A program made the translations under genes and the position numbers. A DNA stretch of 64,000 nucleotides from Candidatus Latescibacterota bacterium (lineage in GTDB: Bacteria; Krumholzibacteriota; Krumholzibacteriia; WVZY01): assembly GCA_963791045.1 (NCBI GenBank), contig CAWBQK010000007.1, forward strand, positions 96,001-160,000, read 5' to 3'. The notes below the pieces were generated by a model. That model saw nothing but the letters and a program-made list of their open reading frames with translations. It was not told the origin of the DNA and made no database searches. This document shows, piece by piece, positions 19,227-29,426 of the stretch (positions are counted from its first letter, which is position 1; each line of letters begins with the position of its first letter).

Positions 19227-20212
19227 GAGTCTCAGGTTCTGTAATCCGGTTGATTGCCAAAATCCTCGTCAGCGCGGGGCTCCTGGTATTTCTGTTCAAC
19301 AAAATCTCCATCGAACAGTTTGTGACGTCGATCGAGACGATCGATGTGCCTCTGATCGTCGCGGCGATGGCGCTTTTTCTCGTGAGCAACATCATTGGGA
19401 GTTTCCAGTGGCACTGTCTACTGCGGTCGAGCGGTGTCGATATCCCTTTTCACCGGACGATCCGGTTCTATTTTGTCGGATTGTTCTTCAATAATTTCCT
19501 CCCGGCGAATATTGGCGGCGACGCGGTCAAGGTCTACGACGTATCGAAGATAGGGAGCAGCGTGTACCAGGTGATCGCGGTGACGATGCTCGACAGAATC
19601 GTGGGGATTTTCAGCCTGTGCCTCCTGGCGTCGATTGCAGTGGTCGCGTTGATGACACGCGATATCGATGGTGCGTTGTGGCCGTATCTCCTTATCTTTA
19701 TAGGCTGTATGACGCCGGCGCTCGCGTTCTACTTTGTAAAGCCGCTCTCCCGGGTTCTGAGGTGGTTGGTGGGTCTCCTCCGGCCGCTCTCGATGGATAA
19801 GCGCGGCACGTCGGTTCTGGACTATCTAGGGCAGTTTAAGTCAAAGAAACCACTTATTTTACGCCTTATGCTCCTGTCCGTGATCATCCAGTCGATGCGG
19901 GTCTTGACCCACGTCATTGTCGCCTGTGCCCTCGGGGTCCATATCGACCTTGAAATCATTGGGATGTTTTTTGTGTTTGTCCCGCTTCTCAGCCTTGCTA
20001 TGATTCCTCCTATCACAATCAACGGTTTAGGCATCCGTGAGGGGCTCGGAATTCTCTTGTTTGCCCAGGCGGGTATCGGTGAAACCGACGCATTCGCGAT
20101 TGAGTTTCTGACCTATCTCGTTTCCGTGTCGGTGAGCCTTGCAGGCCTCGTGTTCTTCCTGTGGAGGCGCACGGAAGCGGCTGAGGCAACGTCCGATAAA
20201 ATCGTCACTTAG
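19223..20212 (+). CDS. UPF0104 / LPG-synthase-TM flippase-like membrane protein
   Basis: FFNNFLPANIGGDAVK, LDRIVG, PITINGLGIREG; multiple TM helices. Confidence 0.85.
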   Translation: MRVSGSVIRLIAKILVSAGLLVFLFNKISIEQFVTSIETIDVPLIVAAMALFLVSNIIGSFQWHCLLRSSGVDIPFHRTIRFYFVGLFFNNFLPANIGGDAVKVYDVSKIGSSVYQVIAVTMLDRIVGIFSLCLLASIAVVALMTRDIDGALWPYLLIFIGCMTPALAFYFVKPLSRVLRWLVGLLRPLSMDKRGTSVLDYLGQFKSKKPLILRLMLLSVIIQSMRVLTHVIVACALGVHIDLEIIGMFFVFVPLLSLAMIPPITINGLGIREGLGILLFAQAGIGETDAFAIEFLTYLVSVSVSLAGLVFFLWRRTEAAEATSDKIVT

Positions 20213-20215
20213 CTA

Positions 20216-20244
20216 TTGCAACGTCGCCGATCTTGGGTTAGTTT
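20216..20244 (+). promoter_or_regulatory. Putative sigma70 promoter for DUF2723 operon
   Basis: TTGCAA-N17-TAGTTT in a 139-nt intergenic gap. Confidence 0.45.
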
Positions 20245-20351
20245 TTAGAATCCGGCCTCGTATATTTCCGGGAACCATACGACCGCGAAAACATAAAAAA
20301 TATTGATACCTGATCGATCCATCCTTCTTCCAATTACGGAGTTACAAAAGC

Positions 20352-22875
20352 ATGGCGATGAAGAAACCAAAGCCGAAGCCGACCCCGGCTCCCGAGCTTA
20401 CGGCCAGCGTCCAGCTCGACACACAACCGGTCGGGCAGCGGTTGTTCTATGCCGGGGCCGCGATTGCATTTCTTGTCAGTCTCATCGTTTACTCGATGAC
20501 CATGGGACGGAGCGCCGCGTTCTGGGATGCCGGTGAGTTCATCGCGTCTTCCTATATTCTGGGGATTCCGCATTCGCCGGGAACACCCCTCTATGTTTTG
20601 CTTGGAAGAGTGTTCACGCTGCTGCCGCTTCCGTTGACCGTGGCCGGGAAGGTGAACTTCATTTCGGTTTTCACGGGCGCGTTCGGTGTTTTGTTTGCCT
20701 ACCTTCTTGCCGTTCGATTTCTTGACGCAATACTGGGAAAGAGTTCGACGACGGTCGACACACTGATCAAGGTGGCGGGAGCGCTCACCGGCGCGTTGTT
20801 TCTCGCCTTCAGCAACACGTATTGGGGGAACGCGATCGAGGCCGAGGTCTACGCGCTCAGCCTTTTCTTTATGGGCTTTATGACGTGGCTCGGGCTCAAA
20901 TGGTCGGAGAACCCGACCGGTATCAAGTCGACCTCCTTTATTTTTCTGCTCTTTTATCTTCTCGCATTGAGCATCGGCTTTCATCTTGGAACCGTGCTGG
21001 TTTTTTCGGGATTGTTCTTCCTTATCATGATGACGAAAGAAAAAACCTTCTCGAACATCGAATTCTTGATAGCCTGCGCGGCCATCGGGATCTTTCTCGC
21101 TGACGCGACGATATACCGGAACGGGGCATTCACCCTTGTAGTCCTAGCGATATTCGCGGTCATCCTCGCCTGGTTCACCGTCGTTAAGAAATCGCCTTTC
21201 GCGCTCGTTTGCACGCTTCTTTTTGTCCTCGGTATTTCGGTTCATCTCTATCTGCTTATGAGGTCGGGGCACAATCCGTCGATCGACGAGGGCAACCCGG
21301 AGACGTGGCGGGCGCTGTACGCGGCATTGAGGCGCGAACAGTATCCGCCGACGAACATGCTTATCCGCAAGGCGTCGTTCGCCTTCCAGTTGCAGCATTT
21401 TAACGGTTATCTCCAGGAACAGTTTCAGATGGCCTCCGCGTTTATCGGGCAGCTCAATATGGGTTCGCTTATTCCCCTCGGGTTGGGAATCTGGGGAATG
21501 GTCGACCATTACACAAAGGATAAAAAGACTTTTGTGATGCTGTTCGTGACGCTGATGGTTACGAGCTTCGGTCTGATAGCGTTTCTCAATTTCTCTGACA
21601 GCGAGGTCAGGGAGAGGGATTACTTCTATTCGCCGGCTTTTTATTACTTCGCCATATTTATCGGGATCGGCGCCGGCAAGCCTGTTGAACGAGCTCAAAA
21701 ACCTGGTGTCGAAAAACCGCTCGTCCGCTCTTGTTCCCGTCGCCGTGGCATCGATCATCTTGCTGGTGCTGCCCGTTTTTACACTGGCGCGGCATTACTT
21801 TCCGCACGACCGCTCGAATAACTATATTTGCCAGAAGTACGCGCGAAACATGCTCATCGGTCTCGAAGAGAACGGTATCCTCTTCACCAACGGGGACAAC
21901 GACACTTTTCCATTGTGGTACATCCAGGAGGTCGAGAAGTATCGGACCGACATCCGCGTCGTGAACCTGAGTCTTCTCAATACACCGTGGTACATCGAGC
22001 AGCTCCGGGACAATGAGCCCCCGATCGACATCACCTGGAACAACGATGAACTCGACAGGCTCCAACCGATACCGACGAAGGATGGATGGGTCCTGGTCCG
22101 GGATATCGCCGTCCAGCATATTCTCAAGAACAATTCGAATACCCGGCCGATCTATTTTGCGGTGACGATTCCGCCCGAAACCTACGCGCCGTACCGCGAA
22201 TTCCTCGAGATGGAAGGGCTCGTCTACCGTGTCGTTCCGAGGAAGGGCCGGAATATGGTCAATGTCGATAAACTCGAGGACAATATCTGGGACAAATTTG
22301 ATTTTGGCGGGATCCTCGACGATGACTGGAAGCTCGACAACACGGTTTACAGGCCGTCCTACGTGAGGCGTTTGATTCAGAACTACGCGGCTGCTTTCAC
22401 CCAGCTTGGATTCGAGCAGGGGCGAAGGGACAATTACGGCGACGCCGTCAAGAACCTCGAAGTGGCGCTTCAGATTTCTCCCAACCTCCAGCCGCCGCTT
22501 CTGTGGCTCGGGTGGTACTATCTCGAAAAGGGCGATACGGCGGCCGCCGTGGCGTTTTACAAACGCGAAATCAACCGCCAGCCCGATCAGACCGACTTGC
22601 TCTACAGGCTCGCCGGAGTATATGAACGTCTCGGGTATCTGGATTCGGCGCTCATCTCGATCGACGAGCTCATACGCAGAAATCCCAACCACAGGGACGC
22701 GGTTGCGAGCGGCGTCGGCATCGCGCTGCGGTTCGGTCTCAAAGACCAGGCTGAACGTTATCTTCAGGAGTGGGTAACCACCCATCCCAACGATGTCGCG
22801 ATGAAAAATGCGCTCGATGAACTCAAGGCCGGTGGGTCACTGCAAGGTGAACGAGCCGAGCCGGATAGCCAATAA
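20352..22875 (+). CDS. DUF2723/TMEM260-family GT-C membrane glycosyltransferase with C-terminal TPRs (frameshift near 21678)
   Basis: FWDAGEFI, GIPHSPGTPLY, EAEVY, RERDYFY in ORF 20352; FTNGDNDTFPLWY, VNLSLLNTPWY, RPIYFA and TPRs in ORF 21685; removing one A at 21678-21679 joins them (GAGSLLNEL). Confidence 0.88.
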
Positions 22876-22890
22876 GGGGTACGTCAGAAC

Positions 22891-23859
22891 ATGCCGAAAA
22901 CGGTTTTAGTAACGGGTGCCGCCGGTTTCATCGGTTCGAATTTGTCCGAAGCCCTGGTCGACAAGGGGTTTCGAGTGGTGGGCGTGGACTCGTTCAACCC
23001 CAACTACGACATACGGATCAAGAGAGAAAACCTCAAGAGGCTCCTTGCAAGCGATCGCTTCGAGCTTATCGAGAAGTCTCTGTGTGATATGGACATCGAA
23101 ACGGTGCTCGGCGATGTCGAGTACGTGTTTCATCTCGCCGCGCAGCCCGGGGTGAGGGACAGTTGGGCGCAGCGTTTTGACGAGTATATCGACGCCAATA
23201 TACGGGCGACACAAAAACTGTGCGAAGCGGCGCGCGGCAAATCCATAAAGCGATTCGTCTACGCAAGTTCGAGCTCCGTATATGGTGATACCACTGAACT
23301 GCCAATGAATGAGAGTCACCGCACTCGGCCGCACTCTCCTTACGGCGTGACCAAACTCTCCGGTGAGGCGCTTTGCCTGCTCTACCGGAAGAACTTCGGT
23401 CTGCCCGTCGTTGCGCTTCGGTTTTTTACGGTGTACGGGCCGCGGCAAAGACCCGACATGGCCTTTCACCGCTTTATCGCGAACGCGCTCGACGGCAAAC
23501 CCATCGAAGTTTATGGAAACGGAACCCAGACAAGGGATTTTACTTTTGTGTCCGACATCGTCGGGGCGAATATCTCCACCATGGAATACGCCGGACCTGA
23601 AAGTGTTTTCAATATTGGCGGAGGAAGCCGAATCGCCTTGAATGGCGCGCTCGATGTGCTCGGAGACGCGGTTGGCGGCAGCGGCCGGGTCGACGTTGTC
23701 TACAACGAACCCGTCAAGGGCGACGTGATGCACACCTACGCCGATATCAGTCTCGCACGCAAGGAATTGGGATATGCTCCCCAGACGAGCCTGGAGGAAG
23801 GCATAGCCCGCGAAGTGGATTGGATCAAGTCGTTGCGCAAAACCCTTCCATCCGGCTAG
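22891..23859 (+). CDS. NAD-dependent nucleotide-sugar epimerase (UDP-glucuronate 4-epimerase-like)
   Basis: GAAGFIG, HLAAQPGVR, ASSSSVYG, YGVTK, RFFTVYGPRQRPDMA. Confidence 0.9.
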   Translation: MPKTVLVTGAAGFIGSNLSEALVDKGFRVVGVDSFNPNYDIRIKRENLKRLLASDRFELIEKSLCDMDIETVLGDVEYVFHLAAQPGVRDSWAQRFDEYIDANIRATQKLCEAARGKSIKRFVYASSSSVYGDTTELPMNESHRTRPHSPYGVTKLSGEALCLLYRKNFGLPVVALRFFTVYGPRQRPDMAFHRFIANALDGKPIEVYGNGTQTRDFTFVSDIVGANISTMEYAGPESVFNIGGGSRIALNGALDVLGDAVGGSGRVDVVYNEPVKGDVMHTYADISLARKELGYAPQTSLEEGIAREVDWIKSLRKTLPSG

Positions 23860-23869
23860 GTGATGGCAC

Positions 23870-24835
23870 ATGGATCTGTCCGTTATAGTCCCAGTGTATA
23901 ACGAGGAGGAAAGCCTCCCCGAACTTTTCGCCGCACTCGAAGCAACGATGGCCGACATGGGCATCGATTACGAATACATTTTCATTGATGACGGCAGCGT
24001 TGACAGGTCGCTGGTGGTGCTCCGTGAGCTTCACCAGGCGTCGAGTCATGTCAAGGTCATCAGTTTTCGGCGGAATTATGGCAAGTCGGCGGCGTTGTCC
24101 GTCGGGTTCAAGCAGGCCAGGGGTGATGTCGTTGTTACTATGGACGCGGATCTCCAGGACGATCCGAAGGAGATACCGAACCTGATGAAGAAACTCGACG
24201 AGGGCGTCGATCTCGTGTCGGGTTGGAAGCTCAACCGCCAGGACCCGTGGACCAAGACCTTTCCCTCAAGAGTATTCAATCGCCTGGTCTCGTTGATAAG
24301 CGGACTTCATCTCCACGACATAAACTGCGGATTGAAAGCTTACAAGAACGAAGTGGTTCGCTCGGTATCGATATATGGCGAGCTTCATCGCTTTATCCCC
24401 GTTCTTGCCGTGTGGGAAGGGTACAGGGTTGATGAAATCAGCGTTCGCCACTTCAAACGCAAGTATGGCAAGAGCAAGTATGGTGGGAAGAGGTTTCTCA
24501 ACGGAATATTCGATCTGATCACCGTGATGTTCATCACGCGCGGAGCGATGAACCCACTCCATTTCTTTGGCCGCTCCGCGATCGTTCTTTTTATCCTCGG
24601 CGTGATCCCTCAGGTGTACTTCTTTTTTCTCTGGATCGGTGGGGCGGGGCTTCGCGTAAGACCCATTATGCTGGGCGGATTCGTGTTGATAATCGTTTCT
24701 CTTCAAATTGCATCCATTGGGCTTCTTGCCGAAATGATATCGGCGAGAAGCGGTCGCGAACCCAACTATGTATTCAAAGAGTACCTGGTCGGTCGTTCTG
24801 AGACTCGTACGGGGGGGAGCGAAGACGCTACATGA
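23870..24835 (+). CDS. GT2 polyprenyl-phosphate glycosyltransferase (ArnC/GtrB-like)
   Basis: PVYNEEESL, DDGSVD, RNYGKSAAL, MDADLQDDP, GELHRFIP; two C-terminal TMs. Confidence 0.9.
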   Translation: MDLSVIVPVYNEEESLPELFAALEATMADMGIDYEYIFIDDGSVDRSLVVLRELHQASSHVKVISFRRNYGKSAALSVGFKQARGDVVVTMDADLQDDPKEIPNLMKKLDEGVDLVSGWKLNRQDPWTKTFPSRVFNRLVSLISGLHLHDINCGLKAYKNEVVRSVSIYGELHRFIPVLAVWEGYRVDEISVRHFKRKYGKSKYGGKRFLNGIFDLITVMFITRGAMNPLHFFGRSAIVLFILGVIPQVYFFFLWIGGAGLRVRPIMLGGFVLIIVSLQIASIGLLAEMISARSGREPNYVFKEYLVGRSETRTGGSEDAT

Positions 24836-25997
24836 CGAAGAGGGCCTGTCTTGTAGGGCCGGCTTACCCGTATCGGGGAGGTATAGCCCATTTTACGTCC
24901 GTGCTGGCGGCGGAGTTCGCGACAGACCATGACGTCCTTGTGATTAACTTCAAAAGGCTTTACCCCTCTTTTTGTTCCCCGGCAAAACACAGTACGATGA
25001 AAGCGGGAAGCCCGTCGGGGTCGATTCGGAGCGAACTATAGATTCGCTGAATCCGTTCTCCTTTTGGAAGACGGCAAAAACGATAGCCGATTTTAAGCCG
25101 GATGTTGTTGTGATGCAGTGGTGGCAGCCTTTCTTTGCCGTGGCCTACGCGCTCATTGTGTTTTTTCTCAACAGGATCGATAAGACATATTCATCCAGGA
25201 TTATTTTTCTTTGTCATAACGTCTTGCCCCACGAATCGTCGCCGGTGGACCGTTTTCTGTCCAGGATCGCGTTTCGGGTCGCCGACGCGTTCCTCGTTCA
25301 TTCGGGCGAGGATCGCGACAATCTTTTGAGTGTCAAGCCCGGCGCTATTGTCGACGTCCAGCCGCTTCCGATATTCGACATGTTCCGGAGCGGGGGGCAG
25401 ACAAGAGAGAGCGCTCGGGCGGAGCTCGGGGTCGAAGGCAAAATGATTTTGTTCTTCGGATTGGTGCGTCCGTACAAAGGGCTTGGTGTGCTTCTCGATG
25501 GATTCGCGCGAAGTCTTGTCGCCAACCCCGCCACGCTTTTTGTGGTTGGCGAGTTTTACGAGGGAAAGGACAAGTATCTTGCCCAGATCAAAGAACTCGG
25601 CATAAAGGACAACGTGGTGGTCGTTGACAGTTACGTTCCGAACGAGGAAGTGGAGAAGTATTTTGCCGCGTGTGACGTGGTTGCGTTGCCGTATCTCTCC
25701 GCCACACAAAGCGCCATCGTACAAGTTGCCTACAGCTTTGACAGGCCGGTGATCGTGACGGCGGTCGGGGGACTTCCCGAGGTGGTGGACGATGGCGTGA
25801 CGGGGTATGTCATACCCAGGCAGGATCCGGATGCGCTGTCGGAAGCGATAACACGGTTTTACCGGCAGGACGATTTGAGAAAAATGGAAGAAAACATCGC
25901 GGCTTCAAAAGATCGTTTCTCGTGGGCCCGTTGCAAGAGCACTTTGCTGGGGATGGCGGAGAAATTGGCTTCTCGCTCCGGGACTGCCCAGGGGTGA
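24832..25997 (+). CDS. GT4 glycosyltransferase (frameshift in T-run 24969-24973)
   Basis: GPAYPYRGGIAH; adding one T gives YPSFLFPGKTQ; FFGLVRPYKG, PYLSATQS, VGGLPEVV. Confidence 0.88.
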
Positions 25998-26043
25998 CTC
26001 TGCGCGCAGCCACATGGGGGTCGTTGATCCGGGGAAGGAATTG

Positions 26044-28707
26044 ATGTCGAGCAAGAAAAAGAAGAAGAAATTCGACCCATCGCCCGCCGGGGCCCAGAAC
26101 GTCGCCCAAAAGGCCGGAGCGTCCCGTCCGGACACACGAGAGAGTGCGCCGAAATTTCCGCTCGAAACGATTCCGGTGTGGGCGAAGCTGACCGTGGCCG
26201 TGGTTATCCTGGTCGTGGCGATCTGCGTCCTGTACCCGCACCATGTTTTCGAGAACAAGGTGTTTCTCGCCGGGGATGTTGAAGCGGCGGGGAGTTTCGC
26301 GACACCGATCAAGAAAGAGATGGCCGAAACGCAGGGGTATCCGTTGTGGAATCCCTACCTGTTTGCGGGAATGCCCAGCTACGAGAGTCTCTCCTATAAT
26401 CCAAATGTGTACCCGATATCGGTCGTTACGGGGTTCCTCTCGAACTACCTCCATTTTCCGAATGCGACCTGGCTTTTGTTTCATGTGTTTTTGCTTGGAT
26501 TCGGGGTGTTCCTGCTGCTCTACGATCGCGGCGTCAATTTCATGGTCGCCGCGGCCGCCGGAGTCCTCATGATGTGGATGCCCAACCAGGTTGCCGTGGG
26601 GGCGTACGGTCACGGCACGCAAGCCAACGCCGTGGCTTATATCCCATTTGCGTTATTTTTCTGGGACCGTATTTGGCGTGGAAAGTCGCTTCTTGTGAAT
26701 GCCAGCGCACTTGTGATCGTTCTCGGTTTCCAGCTGCTTCGGGCGCACATTCAGATTTCTTATTACACGTTCGCGCTCATCGGCTTGTACACACTCTTCT
26801 TCGGCGTGCTTCGAATTCGTGACGCCTTGAAGGGTACGGGCGATCCGGAGTACCCGGCGACGCTCGGTTTCTTCAAACGGGTTCTCCGCAGGGAGGGAGT
26901 AGCCAAGAAACGCCTCGCTATGATTGAGACCAGCGACCTCGTGGTTGTGCTCGGTCTGGTCGTCGTGGGCGCGCTTTTTATTAGCGCCGTCCTGTTTCTT
27001 CCCGTGAAAGATTATTCGCCCCAATCGATCCGGGGCGCGTCCGAGACCGGTGGGGTCGAGTACGACTATGCTACGTCGTGGAGTCTTCACCCCGTCGAAA
27101 GTCTCACCTTTGTTTTTCCGTTCTCCTTTGGTTTCGGCCGGGCCACGTACCATGGCCATTTGCCGTTTACCGACTATGCGAACTATCTCGGTCTTGTCGT
27201 GATCATCTTTTCGGTGTTCGCCGTTACACTGGCGAGAAACCGGTTTGTCTGGTTCCTTGTCGTCGTAATCGCGATTGCCACGCTGGTATCGTTTGGGAAG
27301 TTTCTTCCCGTTTTGTATGGACCGCTATTCAAGTGGTTTCCATATTTCAACAAGTTCCGCGTGCCGGTGATGATTCTGATCGTTCAGCAGTTCGCCTTCG
27401 TTCTTCTTTTTGGCCTCGGTTTGTCCGCCGTGGTTCGCTCACGGTCGGACATCGTCAAAAAGGCGGCGTTTTTCGGTATGATTGGCGGCGGTGTGGCGCT
27501 TATTGTTGCGCTTTTGTCATCCAGCTACTGGGAGAAAGGGTTTGCACAGGCCATCGCGCCGGGTATTACCGCCGTTCGAACGCCGGCGGAGCAGCTTCAG
27601 CTCGCAAAATTGTCAGGGTCGCTTCTCTTCGCCGATCTCGTCAAGTTTTCCGTTTTGTTGTTGTTCACGTTTGGCACGATTTGGCTTTTTGCGCGGCGGA
27701 ACCTGCGGGCCGAGGTATTCGTGGTAATTGCGGTTCTTCTCGCCATGATCGATATCTTCGCCGTTGATTCGTTTGTCCTCAACCCTGGCAAGCTCTACCC
27801 CGAGGCGATGCGGCGTGGGGGGCGGCTAGAAATCATCAAGGACAAGTCGGTTCGGGACCGGTTCCTCGAGCCGGACGATGTCATCACATTTCTGAATTCC
27901 AGAAAAGGCGCCGATCGATTCCGTGTATTTCCCGCGTTTCATCCCTCGGCGCCGCTTCGCGGGGGCGACTTTGCCACGAACCGCTACATGAATTTTGGCA
28001 TCTCGTCGATTGGCGGCTACCACGCGGCAAAACTCTCGTTGTATAATGATTTTGTCGATGCGCTCGGTGTTGCCCTTCAGAACGGCAAATACCAGCTGGT
28101 TGACATGATGAATGCCCGTTATGTTGTTACTTCGCATCCATTCCCGGAGGTTCCCTCGTTCCGCCTACTGTGGCAGGGCGAGAACTTTCGTGGCCAGAGG
28201 CGCCATATTTATGAGAATGCGGGGGCATTTCCGCGAGTGTTCCTCGTGGACAAGTATCTCGTCGGCGGGTCAAAAGAGATTCTCGGTATGCTTCCGGCGC
28301 TTCCGGCAAACGGCGTTGATTTGAGGGAAACGGTTCTTCTCGAGACAGAGCCTCCGGTGCGTCCCGAGTCCGCCTCGGGAGCGCGGGCGGCCATAACCGG
28401 CTACAGTTTCAATGAAATTCGTGTGGACGCGACACTGCCCTCGGCTGCAATATTGGTGTTGTCGGAAGTCTATTATCCGAGATGGACGGCATTTGTCGAC
28501 GGTGTCGAAACGGAACTTTTGAAAGCGAATTATGTTCTCAGGGCCGTGGCTCTTTCGGCGGGGGAGCACGAGATCGTTTTCAGGTATGATTCGAAGGTAT
28601 TGAAGCGCGGGTTGATAATTTCAGTTATTACATTTGCCACGGCGCTCATCGTGTTGATGTTATCCGCGGCAGCCGATTTACGGAGAAATCCTATATGGAA
28701 GCGTTGA
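26044..28707 (+). CDS. YfhO-family GT-C membrane protein
   Basis: PLWNPYLFAGMP, ATSWS, FNKFRVP, IGGYHAAKL, LSEVYYPRW...ANYVLRAV..GEHEIVFRY; many TMs; GGAAGGA SD before ATG 26044. Confidence 0.85.
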   Translation: MSSKKKKKKFDPSPAGAQNVAQKAGASRPDTRESAPKFPLETIPVWAKLTVAVVILVVAICVLYPHHVFENKVFLAGDVEAAGSFATPIKKEMAETQGYPLWNPYLFAGMPSYESLSYNPNVYPISVVTGFLSNYLHFPNATWLLFHVFLLGFGVFLLLYDRGVNFMVAAAAGVLMMWMPNQVAVGAYGHGTQANAVAYIPFALFFWDRIWRGKSLLVNASALVIVLGFQLLRAHIQISYYTFALIGLYTLFFGVLRIRDALKGTGDPEYPATLGFFKRVLRREGVAKKRLAMIETSDLVVVLGLVVVGALFISAVLFLPVKDYSPQSIRGASETGGVEYDYATSWSLHPVESLTFVFPFSFGFGRATYHGHLPFTDYANYLGLVVIIFSVFAVTLARNRFVWFLVVVIAIATLVSFGKFLPVLYGPLFKWFPYFNKFRVPVMILIVQQFAFVLLFGLGLSAVVRSRSDIVKKAAFFGMIGGGVALIVALLSSSYWEKGFAQAIAPGITAVRTPAEQLQLAKLSGSLLFADLVKFSVLLLFTFGTIWLFARRNLRAEVFVVIAVLLAMIDIFAVDSFVLNPGKLYPEAMRRGGRLEIIKDKSVRDRFLEPDDVITFLNSRKGADRFRVFPAFHPSAPLRGGDFATNRYMNFGISSIGGYHAAKLSLYNDFVDALGVALQNGKYQLVDMMNARYVVTSHPFPEVPSFRLLWQGENFRGQRRHIYENAGAFPRVFLVDKYLVGGSKEILGMLPALPANGVDLRETVLLETEPPVRPESASGARAAITGYSFNEIRVDATLPSAAILVLSEVYYPRWTAFVDGVETELLKANYVLRAVALSAGEHEIVFRYDSKVLKRGLIISVITFATALIVLMLSAAADLRRNPIWKR

Positions 28708-29426
28708 TCATCGTTCCGACATACAATGAACGTGAAAACATCGAGACGCTCATAAACAGCATTAAGGAGCTCAATCTTGATGCCGATATTGGGATGCTGA
28801 TTGTCGATGACAACTCCCCGGACGGCACCGGGAAGTATGTCGCCGAATTGAGCAAGACCGACGACATGATACACGTTCTCCATCGGCCCGCGAAACTCGG
28901 TCTCGGGAGCGCGTACATCGCCGGTTTCAAGTGGGCGCTGGGCAGATCCGACGTTAAATATGTTTTCGAAATGGATGCGGATTTCTCGCACGATCCCGCC
29001 GCGCTTGCCGGTTTCCTGAAGGAAATCAAAGAGGTTGATCTGGTTCTGGGGTCGAGGTATCTCGACGGGATCACCGTGGTCAACTGGCCGCTCTCGCGGC
29101 TCATTCTCAGTGTGGGCGCCAATATCTATACGAAGATCATCACCGGGATGCCGTTCAAGGACGCGACGGGCGGGTTCAAATGTTTCCGCCGCGAGGTGCT
29201 CGAGAGCCTGCCCCTTGATGATATCAAGAGCGACGGTTATTCGTTTCAGATCGAAGTCAATTTCATCGTGTGGAAAAAGGGATTTCGAATCAAAGAAATT
29301 CCGATTGTATTTGTCGACAGGGCGGCCGGCACCTCCAAAATGTCGCGTAAAATCATCTGGGAAGCGGTATTTCTTGTATGGAAACTCAGGCTGGATTCGC
29401 TTTTCAAAAACGTCCGGAAGAGCTGA
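28695..29426 (+). CDS. Polyprenol monophosphomannose synthase (Ppm1/DPM1-like GT2)
   Basis: PTYNERENI, VDDNSPDGT, GLGSAY, EMDADFSHDP, DATGGFKCFRR, GYSFQIE, GTSKMS. Confidence 0.92.
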   Translation: MEALIIVPTYNERENIETLINSIKELNLDADIGMLIVDDNSPDGTGKYVAELSKTDDMIHVLHRPAKLGLGSAYIAGFKWALGRSDVKYVFEMDADFSHDPAALAGFLKEIKEVDLVLGSRYLDGITVVNWPLSRLILSVGANIYTKIITGMPFKDATGGFKCFRREVLESLPLDDIKSDGYSFQIEVNFIVWKKGFRIKEIPIVFVDRAAGTSKMSRKIIWEAVFLVWKLRLDSLFKNVRKS

